In this document: positions 21,582-30,394 of the stretch, in pieces
How positions within the stretch are numbered: position 1 is the stretch's first letter
Layout: each line of letters begins with the position of its first letter
Assembly: GCA_050012075.1 (NCBI GenBank)
Contig: JBEKHW010000001.1
Span: forward strand, 68,766 to 132,765
Direction of reading: 5' to 3'
From: Candidatus Omnitrophota bacterium
Lineage (GTDB): Bacteria > Omnitrophota > Gorgyraeia > Gygaellales > Profunditerraquicolaceae
Length of the DNA: 64,000 nucleotides
The notes under the pieces: generated by a model
What the model saw: the letters and a program-made list of their open reading frames with translations, nothing else
Databases searched by the model: none
What the model was told of the DNA's origin: nothing
Made by a program: the position numbers and the translations under genes

Positions 21582-22868
21582 TTATTCAAGTACCGTATAC
21601 GCCCTCTCCCTGTGCTGCGTAAGATCAAGCCCCATGGCTTCTTCTTTTTCGCTGACGCGTATCCTGAAAAATATATCCACAAATTTATATATAATATAGG
21701 TAACAACAAAGGTGTAAGCTACCGCTGCTACAACCCCGATTAACTGTATCAAAAACTGCCGGGGATTACCGGCAAATAAACCATTTGCCCCTGCGGCATT
21801 TATTGCTTTGGAGGCAAATAACCCTGTAGCCAGAGTTCCCAGGATTCCTCCTAAACCATGCACCCCAAAAGCGTCCAGGGAATCATCATAACCGAACTTG
21901 GGCTTGATAACGGCGACCCCGATAAAACACAAGATGCTTGCAAAGACCCCTATTATTAACGCTGAGGAAGGACTAATAAAACCCGAGGCAGGAGTAACCG
22001 TAGCCAGGCCTGCGATAGAACCGGTGACAGCGCCAAACATTGTGGGTTTTCCGTTACGGACCCATTCCAGAAGCGCCCAGGTCAACCCTGCTGCCGCTGC
22101 CGCTGCGTTAGTCGCCACAAATGCACTGACTGCTAGGCCATTTGCCGCTAAAGCGCTACCGGCATTAAAACCAAACCAACCAAACCATAGTAAAGCTGTT
22201 CCCAAGGCTACGAAAGGAAGGTTGTGCGGGACAGGAGTATTGTGCTCCAGGTTCTTTCTTTTGCCGATAGCCAGGGCTACAACTAAAGCAGCAATACCTG
22301 CGCTCGTATGCACTACAATTCCTCCTGCAAAATCAAGGACACCTAAATTCCTTAACCAGCCACCCATTCCCCAAACCCAGTGGCAAAGCGGGTCATAGAC
22401 AAAAGTAGCCCATAGAATGCTAAAAACCAGAAACGCCGAAAATTTCATCCTTTCCGCAAAAGCACCAATAATTAATGCCGGTGTGATTATCGCAAACATC
22501 GCCTGAAAAATCATGAATGCCTGATGAGGGATAGTAGCGCTGTAGCCGCTAAAAGGCTCAATGCCGACCCCATTTAAACCAAACCAACTCAGGCCTCCCC
22601 AGAAACCTTTGCTCGGAGCAAAAGAAAGGCTGTAACCAAAAAGCATCCAATGTACTGTCAATAAACATAATATCACAAAACACTGCATTAGGATACTTAG
22701 GATATTCTTCCTTCTGACCATGCCTCCATAGAAAAATGCCAACCCCGGAGTCATCAACATCACAAAGGCCGTAGAGATTAAAACAAACGCCGTGTCTGCC
22801 CCATTAATCATATTGCCTCCTTCACAGCAGTGAACACTTGCCTCGATAAAACAAGGTGTTCCTTGCAC
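21582..22868 (-). CDS. amt: Ammonium transporter (copy 1)
   Basis: 428 aa, 11-TM Amt/MEP family. C-terminus is EAMGLDLTQHRERAY. Confidence 0.9.
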   Translation of the reverse strand: MQGTPCFIEASVHCCEGGNMINGADTAFVLISTAFVMLMTPGLAFFYGGMVRRKNILSILMQCFVILCLLTVHWMLFGYSLSFAPSKGFWGGLSWFGLNGVGIEPFSGYSATIPHQAFMIFQAMFAIITPALIIGAFAERMKFSAFLVFSILWATFVYDPLCHWVWGMGGWLRNLGVLDFAGGIVVHTSAGIAALVVALAIGKRKNLEHNTPVPHNLPFVALGTALLWFGWFGFNAGSALAANGLAVSAFVATNAAAAAAGLTWALLEWVRNGKPTMFGAVTGSIAGLATVTPASGFISPSSALIIGVFASILCFIGVAVIKPKFGYDDSLDAFGVHGLGGILGTLATGLFASKAINAAGANGLFAGNPRQFLIQLIGVVAAVAYTFVVTYIIYKFVDIFFRIRVSEKEEAMGLDLTQHRERAYTVLE

Positions 22869-22895
22869 AATTGGTTAAACAACTGTGTAAAAACA

Positions 22896-22949
22896 GTTTA
22901 AAAAATAAAGGCGTTCATAACAGTTTGGTCGTAACTATCATGAACGCCT
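22896..22949 (-). terminator. Terminator/attenuator between glnK copy 2 and amt copy 1
   Basis: Minus strand: aggcgttcat-N21-atgaacgcct, then ttatttttt. Confidence 0.6.
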
Positions 22950-23055
22950 AATTGCGCTATCTCATTATAAACACTGCAACGTGCTTATAGCTAGTTACCT
23001 ATACAAGTAATAAACTCGATATTTTGGTAATCCGAATATTTGACTGCTTAAAGAT

Positions 23056-23397
23056 TTACCCAATCGCCAGCGAACCGCGCTCCTCGGTCCTGATTCTTAT
23101 GCACTCCTTTAAATCCAGGACAAAGATCTTGCCATCCCCGGTCTCTCCTGTCTTTGCGCCTTTTATTATGGCTTTTATGGTCGGCTCGACAAAATTATCG
23201 TTTACAGCGATTTCAAGGCGAACCTTTCTAAGCAGATTTCCCGTCTCTTTCGCCCCGCGGTAAACCTCAGTAACACCCTTTTGCCGGCCATGGCCTAGGA
23301 CCTCACTTACGGTAATAAGATTTACCTCTGCCTTATAAAGCTCTTCTTTTACATCTTCGAGTTTATGCGGCTGGATTATCGCAATGATTAATTTCAT
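23056..23397 (-). CDS. glnK: P-II nitrogen regulatory protein (copy 2)
   Basis: 113 aa. Differs from copy 1 at only a few residues; the 5' DNA is identical. Confidence 0.9.
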   Translation of the reverse strand: MKLIIAIIQPHKLEDVKEELYKAEVNLITVSEVLGHGRQKGVTEVYRGAKETGNLLRKVRLEIAVNDNFVEPTIKAIIKGAKTGETGDGKIFVLDLKECIRIRTEERGSLAIG

Positions 23398-23417
23398 ATT
23401 AGCCCCCTTTTATCATG

Positions 23418-23430
23418 GTGACTTTGTGAC
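23418..23430. repeat. Single GTGACTTTGTGAC unit between amt and glnK (copy 2)
   Basis: Same position as in copy 1, but a single unit. Confidence 0.75.
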
Positions 23431-23434
23431 ATCT

Positions 23435-24718
23435 TTATTCAAGTACAGTATACGCCCTCTCTCTATGCTGCGTAAGGTCAAGTCCCATGGCTTCTTCTTT
23501 TTCGTTGACGCGTATGCCGATAAATACATCCACCAGTTTATAGATTATAGCTGTTACTGCCAGAGAGTAAATTAGCGTGACCGCCACGGCAGTTAACTGC
23601 ACCAGGAATTGCTTTGGGTTGCCAAAGAAAAGCCCGTCTCCACCCGCAGCATTTACGCTCTTCGAAGCAAAAAGCCCGGTAGCTAATGCGCCCCATATAC
23701 CGCCTACACAGTGCACGCCAAATGCGTCCAGGGAATCGTCATAACCGAACTTGGGCTTGATAATACTGACGGCAGTAAAACAGAAGACACTTACCAGCAA
23801 TCCTATAATAATCGCCGGAATTACGCTCACAAACCCGGCTGCGGGAGTGATGGCTACGAGGCCCGCTACTGCTCCTGAAGCTGCGCCGAAAATGGTAGGT
23901 TTGCCGTTACGAATCCATTCAATTATTGCCCAGCTTAACCCGGCGCTAGCTGCTGCGGTATTGGTAACCACAAAAGCATTCACTGCCAGGCCATTTGCCG
24001 CTAAAGCACTGCCGGCATTAAAACCAAACCAGCCAAACCAGAGAAGACCTGTGCCCAAGATTACAAAAGGCATATTGTGCGGTGCAGGAACATCTTTTTC
24101 TATATTCCTCCTCTTGCCGATAAATAATGCTGTTACCAACGCAGCAATACCCGCATTTATGTGTACTACGGTGCCGCCGGCAAAATCAAGAGCGCCCATC
24201 TGTCTTAAGAACCCGCCGACCCCCCAGACCCAGTGACAAACAGGGTCATATACAAATGTCGCCCACAGGAGCACAAAAGCAACAAATGCGGAAAACTTCA
24301 TTCTCTCTGCAAATGCACCCAGTATTAATGCCGGTGTGATTATCGCAAACATCGCCTGAAAAATCATAAATGCCTGATGCGGGATTGTACCTGCGTAATC
24401 CGCATACGGCCCAAAACCTACTCCCTTTAACCCAAGCCAGCCAAAGCCGCCCCAAAATCCAGTCGAAGGCGCAAAAGAAAGGCTATAGCCATATAAAACC
24501 CACTGCACACTTATGACACACATTATTATGAAACACTGCATAAGTATGCTTAGGATGTTCTTCTTCCTGACCATGCCGCCATAGAAGAATGCCAGCCCCG
24601 GGGTCATCAGCATAACCAGGGCCGAAGAAATCAAAACCCATGCCGTATCACCTGCATTAATCATTTCTACCCTCCCTTGCCCACAAAGGGCACACTTGCG
24701 CAATACCGATAAGCGCAA
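23435..24718 (-). CDS. amt: Ammonium transporter (copy 2)
   Basis: 427 aa. Paralog of 21582..22868. Confidence 0.9.
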   Translation of the reverse strand: MRLSVLRKCALCGQGRVEMINAGDTAWVLISSALVMLMTPGLAFFYGGMVRKKNILSILMQCFIIMCVISVQWVLYGYSLSFAPSTGFWGGFGWLGLKGVGFGPYADYAGTIPHQAFMIFQAMFAIITPALILGAFAERMKFSAFVAFVLLWATFVYDPVCHWVWGVGGFLRQMGALDFAGGTVVHINAGIAALVTALFIGKRRNIEKDVPAPHNMPFVILGTGLLWFGWFGFNAGSALAANGLAVNAFVVTNTAAASAGLSWAIIEWIRNGKPTIFGAASGAVAGLVAITPAAGFVSVIPAIIIGLLVSVFCFTAVSIIKPKFGYDDSLDAFGVHCVGGIWGALATGLFASKSVNAAGGDGLFFGNPKQFLVQLTAVAVTLIYSLAVTAIIYKLVDVFIGIRVNEKEEAMGLDLTQHRERAYTVLE

Positions 24719-24720
24719 GG
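24681..24720. repeat. Inverted copy of the ATCGG-loop hairpin plus a ccc/ggg mini-hairpin immediately upstream of amt copy 2
   Basis: cccacaaagggcacacttgcgcaataccgataagcgcaaggtgt is the reverse complement of 25741-25785 with a few changes. Confidence 0.6.
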
Positions 24721-24724
24721 TGTA

Positions 24725-24904
24725 TTAATTAATCCCTAGTTTCTCCCTGACTAACTTCGCGTAAACTTTGTTTATACGTTTGGTCTTCAACCATCTCTCT
24801 ATGGTAGTAACCTGAATATCAAGCTTCTTGGATAAATCGTAAAGGGTATAGCTTCTTTCTTCTTTTAAGATTAAAAGTCTTCTAATCAATTCTAGGTCTA
24901 CCAT
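24725..24904 (-). CDS. Unannotated 59-aa helix-turn-helix protein (excisionase/AlpA-like or sigma-region-4-like small DNA binder)
   Basis: My own translation is MVDLELIRRLLILKEERSYTLYDLSKKLDIQVTTIERWLKTKRINKVYAKLVREKLGIN. Its start overlaps the stop of the upstream OMP gene as TAATG. It is absent from the ORF track because it is shorter than 60 aa. Confidence 0.45.
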   Translation of the reverse strand: MVDLELIRRLLILKEERSYTLYDLSKKLDIQVTTIERWLKTKRINKVYAKLVREKLGIN

Positions 24905-25722
24905 TAGAAATCCAGATCCAATTGAAAGGTTATCGTATCTTTCGCATTAGGATTATTATAGATGTCGTAAGCAATGATAGCGGAAACATTGCTGGTGAAT
25001 TTCCAGGAGAAACCGAAGTTAAGCGCTCCGTATGAAGACTGGGTTCCCTGATAATCAGCGCATATCCACAACCTGTCTGATATCTCGGTCATCACCCTTT
25101 CCCAGGCAATCATAGGGCCGGCATTATCACGCTCGCCGTTTTTATCACGCAATAACCTGGCGCTGCCGTTGAAATAGCCGGCTGAGAAACGGCCCAGGCT
25201 AAGCTTACCTATATATAAGCTCTTTGCAACCCTGAGATACCAGATATTATTACCGGTAACGTCGTGTTTTGTGCCGATATCATAACCGCCTATGGCAAAA
25301 GCAGGCATAAACTTAAAATAAGCATCCTCGGGAACTCCGAATTTAAAATGAAAATACCATGGATAGGTGTCGGCTGCGGGGCCAAACCCTTTTTTATAGT
25401 CAAAACCGGTTTCCGCCATGATTTTTCCTAAAGGAGACCATAACTTGCCTAAAAGGTTATTTTCGGGCTTATCAGAAAGAAGGCTGAAGGTCGGTCCGTA
25501 AACCTGCTGGACATAAAGTTGGTTATCATTATGGTCCCTGCTTTTAACAGGAGTATAATTATCCACATTTAAATGTATCTTTCCGTAAGGTTGAATATCG
25601 GTTGAGGGAGTCCAGATAAGAGTAGTAGGCGTAGCAAAAGCAATATTTGCGCATATGCTAAAAATACAAAAAATTCCCGTCAAAATCAGGCAGTTCTTAA
25701 ACAGGCGTGTTTCTAGTTGCAT
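24904..25722 (-). CDS. Outer-membrane beta-barrel (porin-like) protein
   Basis: 272 aa. Signal peptide, alternating beta-strand pattern, and a C-terminal ...LDLDF ending in Phe. Confidence 0.5.
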   Translation of the reverse strand: MQLETRLFKNCLILTGIFCIFSICANIAFATPTTLIWTPSTDIQPYGKIHLNVDNYTPVKSRDHNDNQLYVQQVYGPTFSLLSDKPENNLLGKLWSPLGKIMAETGFDYKKGFGPAADTYPWYFHFKFGVPEDAYFKFMPAFAIGGYDIGTKHDVTGNNIWYLRVAKSLYIGKLSLGRFSAGYFNGSARLLRDKNGERDNAGPMIAWERVMTEISDRLWICADYQGTQSSYGALNFGFSWKFTSNVSAIIAYDIYNNPNAKDTITFQLDLDF

Positions 25723-25740
25723 TATCTCCTCTTCGTCTTA

Positions 25741-25924
25741 CACCTTGCGCTTATCGGTATTGCGCAAGTGTTCCCTCGTGGGAAAAATAAGGCGCCTTAC
25801 TAAATCCATCCCTTGGATTAATAAGACGCCTGCGTCTTAATAACTGTTTAAACACCCCAACATATCGGAATGTTGGGTGTGCCCTTACTGGGCTAACACC
25901 CGGCCATAGCGGATTGGCCGGTGT
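25741..25924. repeat. Array of three related hairpins (acacc-stem-loop containing ATCGG/AGCGG-stem-ggtgt) in the leader region of the OMP gene
   Basis: Hairpins at 25741-25772, 25855-25885 and 25896-25924. Stems differ with compensatory changes; loops are conserved. Confidence 0.6.
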
Positions 25925-25936
25925 GCCCTTTGTGGG

Positions 25937-25967
25937 CAAAAAAAGACGTTCTTCTTTAAGAACGTCT
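25937..25967 (-). terminator. Rho-independent terminator after the sigma-factor gene
   Basis: Minus strand: agacgttcttaaagaagaacgtct + ttttttt. Confidence 0.65.
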
Positions 25968-26031
25968 ATGTACCACTTCGCGACAATGCGCTTTCACTAC
26001 TACAAGTAAAGAACTTACTGCTTTGGTAACC

Positions 26032-26553
26032 TCAATCCAAATATTTTCTGCACTTTTCTCGTATCTCTTTCGTCAATTTCACTACCCGCACATGAGATAT
26101 AGATAAGCGGCTGCCGATTTCCCTGGTAGTAAGGCCTTCGGCGTAGAAACGTAAAATCTGTTTTTCCCTGGTAGTAAGGCCGTTATTCAGGATGGTTTCG
26201 GCGACCAGCCTATCATCAAGCTTGCGCAGGTAGCTAGCGTGACCGCCTTCTTCCGACTCCAATATATCGCTCAATTTTAAATCAATTTCCGGGTTAACAA
26301 ACTCATCCAAACTTACAGTGTTCCTGCGAATTTTCTGCAGCCGGATATAATTCTTCATATGGAAATAGCACCCCTGCAAAATATAGCTGTCTGTTTTATC
26401 GGATAATTTACCGCTATTATGATCCTGCCAAAGGCGGACCAGGGCTTCCTGATAAAGGTCGTCAGCGTTAAAAAAGGTAAAATTACCCTTAATCCGGTAA
26501 GTTATCCTTTTTAAGGTAGGGGATATTTTCTTTACTAACTCTTCAAATTGCAT
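26032..26553 (-). CDS. Sigma-70 family (ECF-like) RNA polymerase sigma factor
   Basis: Region-2-like DDLYQEALVRLW and a region-4 HTH (LTTREKQILRFYAEGLTTREIG). The ORF-track start at 26640 is probably an upstream extension; the internal Met (MQFEEL...) is the likelier start. Confidence 0.6.
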   Translation of the reverse strand: MQFEELVKKISPTLKRITYRIKGNFTFFNADDLYQEALVRLWQDHNSGKLSDKTDSYILQGCYFHMKNYIRLQKIRRNTVSLDEFVNPEIDLKLSDILESEEGGHASYLRKLDDRLVAETILNNGLTTREKQILRFYAEGLTTREIGSRLSISHVRVVKLTKEIREKCRKYLD

Positions 26554-26703
26554 TTTGACTCCTATAAAATACGAAAGCGTCCGCACCCCTGTCTTCGGGG
26601 ATTTCGGACGCCTTAGTCCCTGTCCGCCTACGGCGGACAAAAAAAATGCCTTCCCTAGCCAACATCGCTAAAGAAGACATCCTTGTCTTTCACTTACACT
26701 TTA

Positions 26704-26731
26704 AGTATACCCCAAAAATCTGGCTTGTCAA
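26704..26731 (-). promoter_or_regulatory. Near-consensus sigma-70 promoter (TTGACA-N16-TATACT) for the sigma-factor gene
   Basis: The minus strand reads ttgacaagccagatttttggggtatact, 150-180 nt upstream of the proposed start. Confidence 0.5.
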
Positions 26732-26739
26732 GCTCAATC

Positions 26740-28419
26740 TTAAACTTTATATCTATTGGTTATGGGCATCCTGCGGTCACGGCCGAATGCCTTGGGCGTT
26801 ATTTTTATGCCCGGAGGGGATTGTCTGCGTTTATATTCGCTTCCGTCAACCATGCGCAGGACCTTTGCTACTGTTTCTTTATCAAATCCGGAAGCGACGA
26901 TCTTCTCTAATTCTTCATCTTCTTCTACATAGGCCTTTAAAATGGGGTCTAGCGTCTCATATATAGGTAAGGTATCCGCATCTTTCTGATTCGGCCGTAG
27001 TTCTGCGGTAGGCGGGCGGATTAAGACATTCTCAGGGATAACGGTACCCAAAGAATTCCTGTAACGGGCTAATTCATATACGAGCATTTTGGGAACGTCT
27101 TTTATTACCGCAAGGCCTCCTGCCATATCTCCGTAAAGCGTGGCATAACCTGTGCTCATCTCTGATTTATTGCCGGTGGTTAGAACCAGCCACCCGAATT
27201 TATTGGAGAATGCCATCAGCATATTGCCCCTTATGCGCGCCTGGATATTCTCTTCTGTAATATTCCTCTCTAAGGCAGCAAAATGCGGCTCAAGGACAAC
27301 CAGGTACATATTGTAAATCTGCTCAATTGAGATAACAATGAATTTTATTCCCAGGTTCTCTGCGAGTCCCCTGGCGCCTGTCAGGGATTCTTGTGAAGAA
27401 TGGCGCGTAGGCATGAATAAGCCGGTGACATTTTCTTTTCCCAGGGCATCGACTGCCAATGTAGCTACCAGGGAAGAATCTATGCCTCCGCTTAAGCCTA
27501 TAACAACTTTCTGAAAACCGTTTTTCCTGACGTAGTCGCTCAAGCCCAAAACCAGGGCTTGATAAATTTCAACAACCGTTTCTAAAACCCTCACCTCTTT
27601 TTTCTGAATCTTCGTTTTTTCTACCGGATAGAATTTATCCGTAATTATAACAGCGCCATTGGGCTTACGATTAATCTCTGGCATCTCTATATCCGTAACT
27701 AACAGCTCCTCTTTAAACGCCTCTGCCCTGTTGATTATCGAACCGCGGCTATTTACCACCATGCTCTGTCCGTCAAAAACCAGTTCATCCTGGCCGCCGA
27801 TTAAATTAGCGTAAGCGATTGCCACTTTATTTGCCTTTGCCTGCTTGCGAATGATACCCTCCCTCTCTTTTATCCTGCCGGCATAATATGGAGAGGCGTT
27901 TATATTTAGGACAAGTTTTGCCCCGGACTTTGCCTGTGTTCTTGTCGGTCCGCATTCATGCCAGATATCCTCGCAGATATTTACGGCAAAACAAAATCCA
28001 CCCAGTTTAAATAAAAGAGGTTTATCCCCCTCCTCAAAATAGCGTTTTTCATCAAAAACCCCATAATTCGGTAAAAACATCTTGTGATATATGCCGCAGA
28101 TCCTAGTATTATAAATTACGGCAGCCGCATTATACAGGTATATACCCTTCTTATTAACGAAACCTGCCACCGCCACAATATTGTTAACGCAAAGAGATAA
28201 CTCCTTTAAAGCCCTTAGATTATCTTCAATAAATTTTGGCTTATGCAATAAATCTTCGGGAGGGTATCCGGGAATTGCAAGTTCCGGGAAACAGATTATA
28301 TCTACGCCTAGTTCCTTTGCCCTGTTAATATGCTGGATAATCTTACGGCTATTGCCTTCCAGATCACCGACAGTAGAGTTTATCTGCGCAAGGGCTATTC
28401 GTAAATTAGATTTTTTCAC
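26740..28419 (-). CDS. nadE: Glutamine-dependent NAD+ synthetase
   Basis: 559 aa. N-terminal nitrilase/CN-hydrolase domain plus a C-terminal PP-loop (GLSGGIDSS). Confidence 0.9.
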   Translation of the reverse strand: MKKSNLRIALAQINSTVGDLEGNSRKIIQHINRAKELGVDIICFPELAIPGYPPEDLLHKPKFIEDNLRALKELSLCVNNIVAVAGFVNKKGIYLYNAAAVIYNTRICGIYHKMFLPNYGVFDEKRYFEEGDKPLLFKLGGFCFAVNICEDIWHECGPTRTQAKSGAKLVLNINASPYYAGRIKEREGIIRKQAKANKVAIAYANLIGGQDELVFDGQSMVVNSRGSIINRAEAFKEELLVTDIEMPEINRKPNGAVIITDKFYPVEKTKIQKKEVRVLETVVEIYQALVLGLSDYVRKNGFQKVVIGLSGGIDSSLVATLAVDALGKENVTGLFMPTRHSSQESLTGARGLAENLGIKFIVISIEQIYNMYLVVLEPHFAALERNITEENIQARIRGNMLMAFSNKFGWLVLTTGNKSEMSTGYATLYGDMAGGLAVIKDVPKMLVYELARYRNSLGTVIPENVLIRPPTAELRPNQKDADTLPIYETLDPILKAYVEEDEELEKIVASGFDKETVAKVLRMVDGSEYKRRQSPPGIKITPKAFGRDRRMPITNRYKV

Positions 28420-28425
28420 GGGTTT

Positions 28426-29175
28426 TTAAGATTTTTTGGCTTTTATATCTTTGGCCAGGATTATCGCTTCGGCAATCTCGCGCATGGATTTACGCGTATC
28501 CATACTTTGTTTCTGGATAAGCCGATATGCCTCGGAAGGAAGAATATTTGCTTCCTGGGATAATATATCCTTTGCCCGTTCTACAAGCTTACGGGTAGTC
28601 AATGCCTCTTCGGCGCTGCGCGCCCTCAAATCAAGCTCCGCGTTCTCAATGGCAATTGCCGCCTGGTTAGCCAGGGCAGTAAGGACATCTATTTCATGCT
28701 TGGAGAATTTATGTTTTTTGGAAGTATAGCAGTTAAGGACCCCGATTACCCTTCCTTTTACTGACATAGGGACACTGGCCAGCGAGCATAGCCCTTCTTT
28801 TTTGGCGATATCCTGGTTAAGGTAACGGCTATCACCCTTAACATCCTCTACTACAATCGGCCTATTCTCTTTTGCTACGATCCCCGCGATCCCGACCCCC
28901 ATCTTTATATTCGGCTTCTTATTGTATGCCTCTGAGATTGACTGCGTGGCCTTTACCACTAATTCCTGTTTATCCGGGTCAAGCAGTAGGAGGGAGGATA
29001 TTTTGGAATTCATCACTTCCGCGGTAACCTGCACAACCAGGCGCAGGAGTTCCTCCAGGTACAGGCCGCTGGTGATAAGGTTGGCTATCTTGGAAAGCGC
29101 TTCTATCTGTTTTACATAAAGGTCGTAATGTTCTTTCTTCTTCTGAACCATGTTATCTGCCCCTGCTGTTGACAA
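28426..29175 (-). CDS. GAF-ANTAR domain regulator (putative RNA-binding antiterminator)
   Basis: 249 aa. Central GAF-like region. The C-terminal ANTAR-like helix is TTRKLVERAKDILSQEANILPSEAYRLIQKQSMDTRKSMREIAEAIILAK. Confidence 0.65.
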   Translation of the reverse strand: MSTAGADNMVQKKKEHYDLYVKQIEALSKIANLITSGLYLEELLRLVVQVTAEVMNSKISSLLLLDPDKQELVVKATQSISEAYNKKPNIKMGVGIAGIVAKENRPIVVEDVKGDSRYLNQDIAKKEGLCSLASVPMSVKGRVIGVLNCYTSKKHKFSKHEIDVLTALANQAAIAIENAELDLRARSAEEALTTRKLVERAKDILSQEANILPSEAYRLIQKQSMDTRKSMREIAEAIILAKDIKAKKS

Positions 29176-30313
29176 AGTTTTTAATCCTGTTCAACGCCTC
29201 TTTCAAATTCTCATAACTCGTAGCGTAAGACATGCGCACATAATCATCCAGCCCTTTACCAAAAGCAGTCCCCGGCACAACTGCTACCTTTTCCTTCTTG
29301 AGCAGTTTTTCGGCAAACTCCATATCTTTCATGCCGCACTTCTTTATATTGGGGAAGACATAGAACGCACCTTGCGGCTTATTGCAGCGAAAGCCTATGC
29401 TGTTTAAGCCATCCACCACAAATTCCCTTCTTCTTTTATATTCGCGCTTCATTTCATCAACCGACTTTCTGCCGGAGTGTATTGCCTCACAAGCAGCCAT
29501 TTGGCTGGTGATGGGAACGCACATAATGGTATATTGGTGAATCTTGGTCATAGCGGCAATTATTTCTTTCGGGCCGCAGGCAAAACCAACGCGCCACCCC
29601 GTCATGGCGTAACTCTTGGAAAACCCGTCAAGATAAATGGTGTTTGCCTTTGCGCCGGCTAAAGTGGCAAAAGGCGTGTGCTGAAAATCATAAGTCAGGT
29701 CGCCGTATATTTCATCAGAGATACAAAGCACTTTATGCCTTAAAAGAACCTTGTTAATTAAGCTTAACTCTGTCTTGCCGTAAGAAACCCCCGTAGGGTT
29801 GGACGGATAATTAAAGACGATGGCCTTGGTCTTTTTATCAATATGCTTTTCTAAATTTTTCGGCGTAAGTTTACAGCCGTCTTTGGTGGTATCGATATAA
29901 ACCGGTATGCCCCCGCATAAATCCACGATGGGCCCATAAGAGACGTAACTAGGCTGGGGAACAATGATTTTATCCCCTGGATTAATAATAGTGCGTAAGG
30001 CTAAATCCATTGCCTCGCTTACCCCTACGGTAATCAGGATTTCTTCATCAGGAGAGTAATCAAGGCCATGCCTATTTTTCAGGTAACGGCTTATAGATAG
30101 GCGAAGTTTATACAGCCCCTTATTTGAAGTATAGGATGTAAAACCCTCTTCAAGAGAATAAATTCCCGCTTCGCGTATCTGCCAGGGAGTGACAAAATCC
30201 GGCTCTCCTACGCCAAGGGAGATGACATCCTTCATACCGAGCACTAAATCAAAGAATGCCCGTATGCCTGATGGCTGCATATCCTGTACTTTTTTGGAAA
30301 TAATCTCTTTCAT
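29153..30313 (-). CDS. Class I/II PLP-dependent aminotransferase
   Basis: 386 aa. PLP lysine motif SFSKSYAMTGWRVG. Confidence 0.85.
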   Translation of the reverse strand: MKEIISKKVQDMQPSGIRAFFDLVLGMKDVISLGVGEPDFVTPWQIREAGIYSLEEGFTSYTSNKGLYKLRLSISRYLKNRHGLDYSPDEEILITVGVSEAMDLALRTIINPGDKIIVPQPSYVSYGPIVDLCGGIPVYIDTTKDGCKLTPKNLEKHIDKKTKAIVFNYPSNPTGVSYGKTELSLINKVLLRHKVLCISDEIYGDLTYDFQHTPFATLAGAKANTIYLDGFSKSYAMTGWRVGFACGPKEIIAAMTKIHQYTIMCVPITSQMAACEAIHSGRKSVDEMKREYKRRREFVVDGLNSIGFRCNKPQGAFYVFPNIKKCGMKDMEFAEKLLKKEKVAVVPGTAFGKGLDDYVRMSYATSYENLKEALNRIKNFVNSRGR

Positions 30314-30394
30314 GGTTCTAAAGTTCTATAGTTCTAATGTTCGTTAGTTTTACATTTAACTTTCGAACTTACGAACAAAAGAACTTGCGAACTC

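Noticed and set aside
22990-23040. TTACCA-N14-TTACTTGTA as a sigma-54 (-24/-12) promoter
   Set aside because: GG and GC dinucleotides at the required -24/-12 spacing are absent.
24690-24720. Amt copy-2 leader hairpin pair as a classical ANTAR antitermination target
   Set aside because: The second hairpin has a UUUGU pentaloop and no downstream U-run, so no terminator is present to anti-terminate. I kept it only as part of the hairpin-family observation.
25751-25939. 62-aa ORF in the OMP leader region
   Set aside because: It lies within the tandem hairpin array. It has no RBS, and its composition is driven by the palindromes.
26646-26966. 106-aa plus-strand ORF
   Set aside because: It overlaps the 3' end of nadE on the opposite strand and the sigma-factor promoter region. 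It has no motif support.
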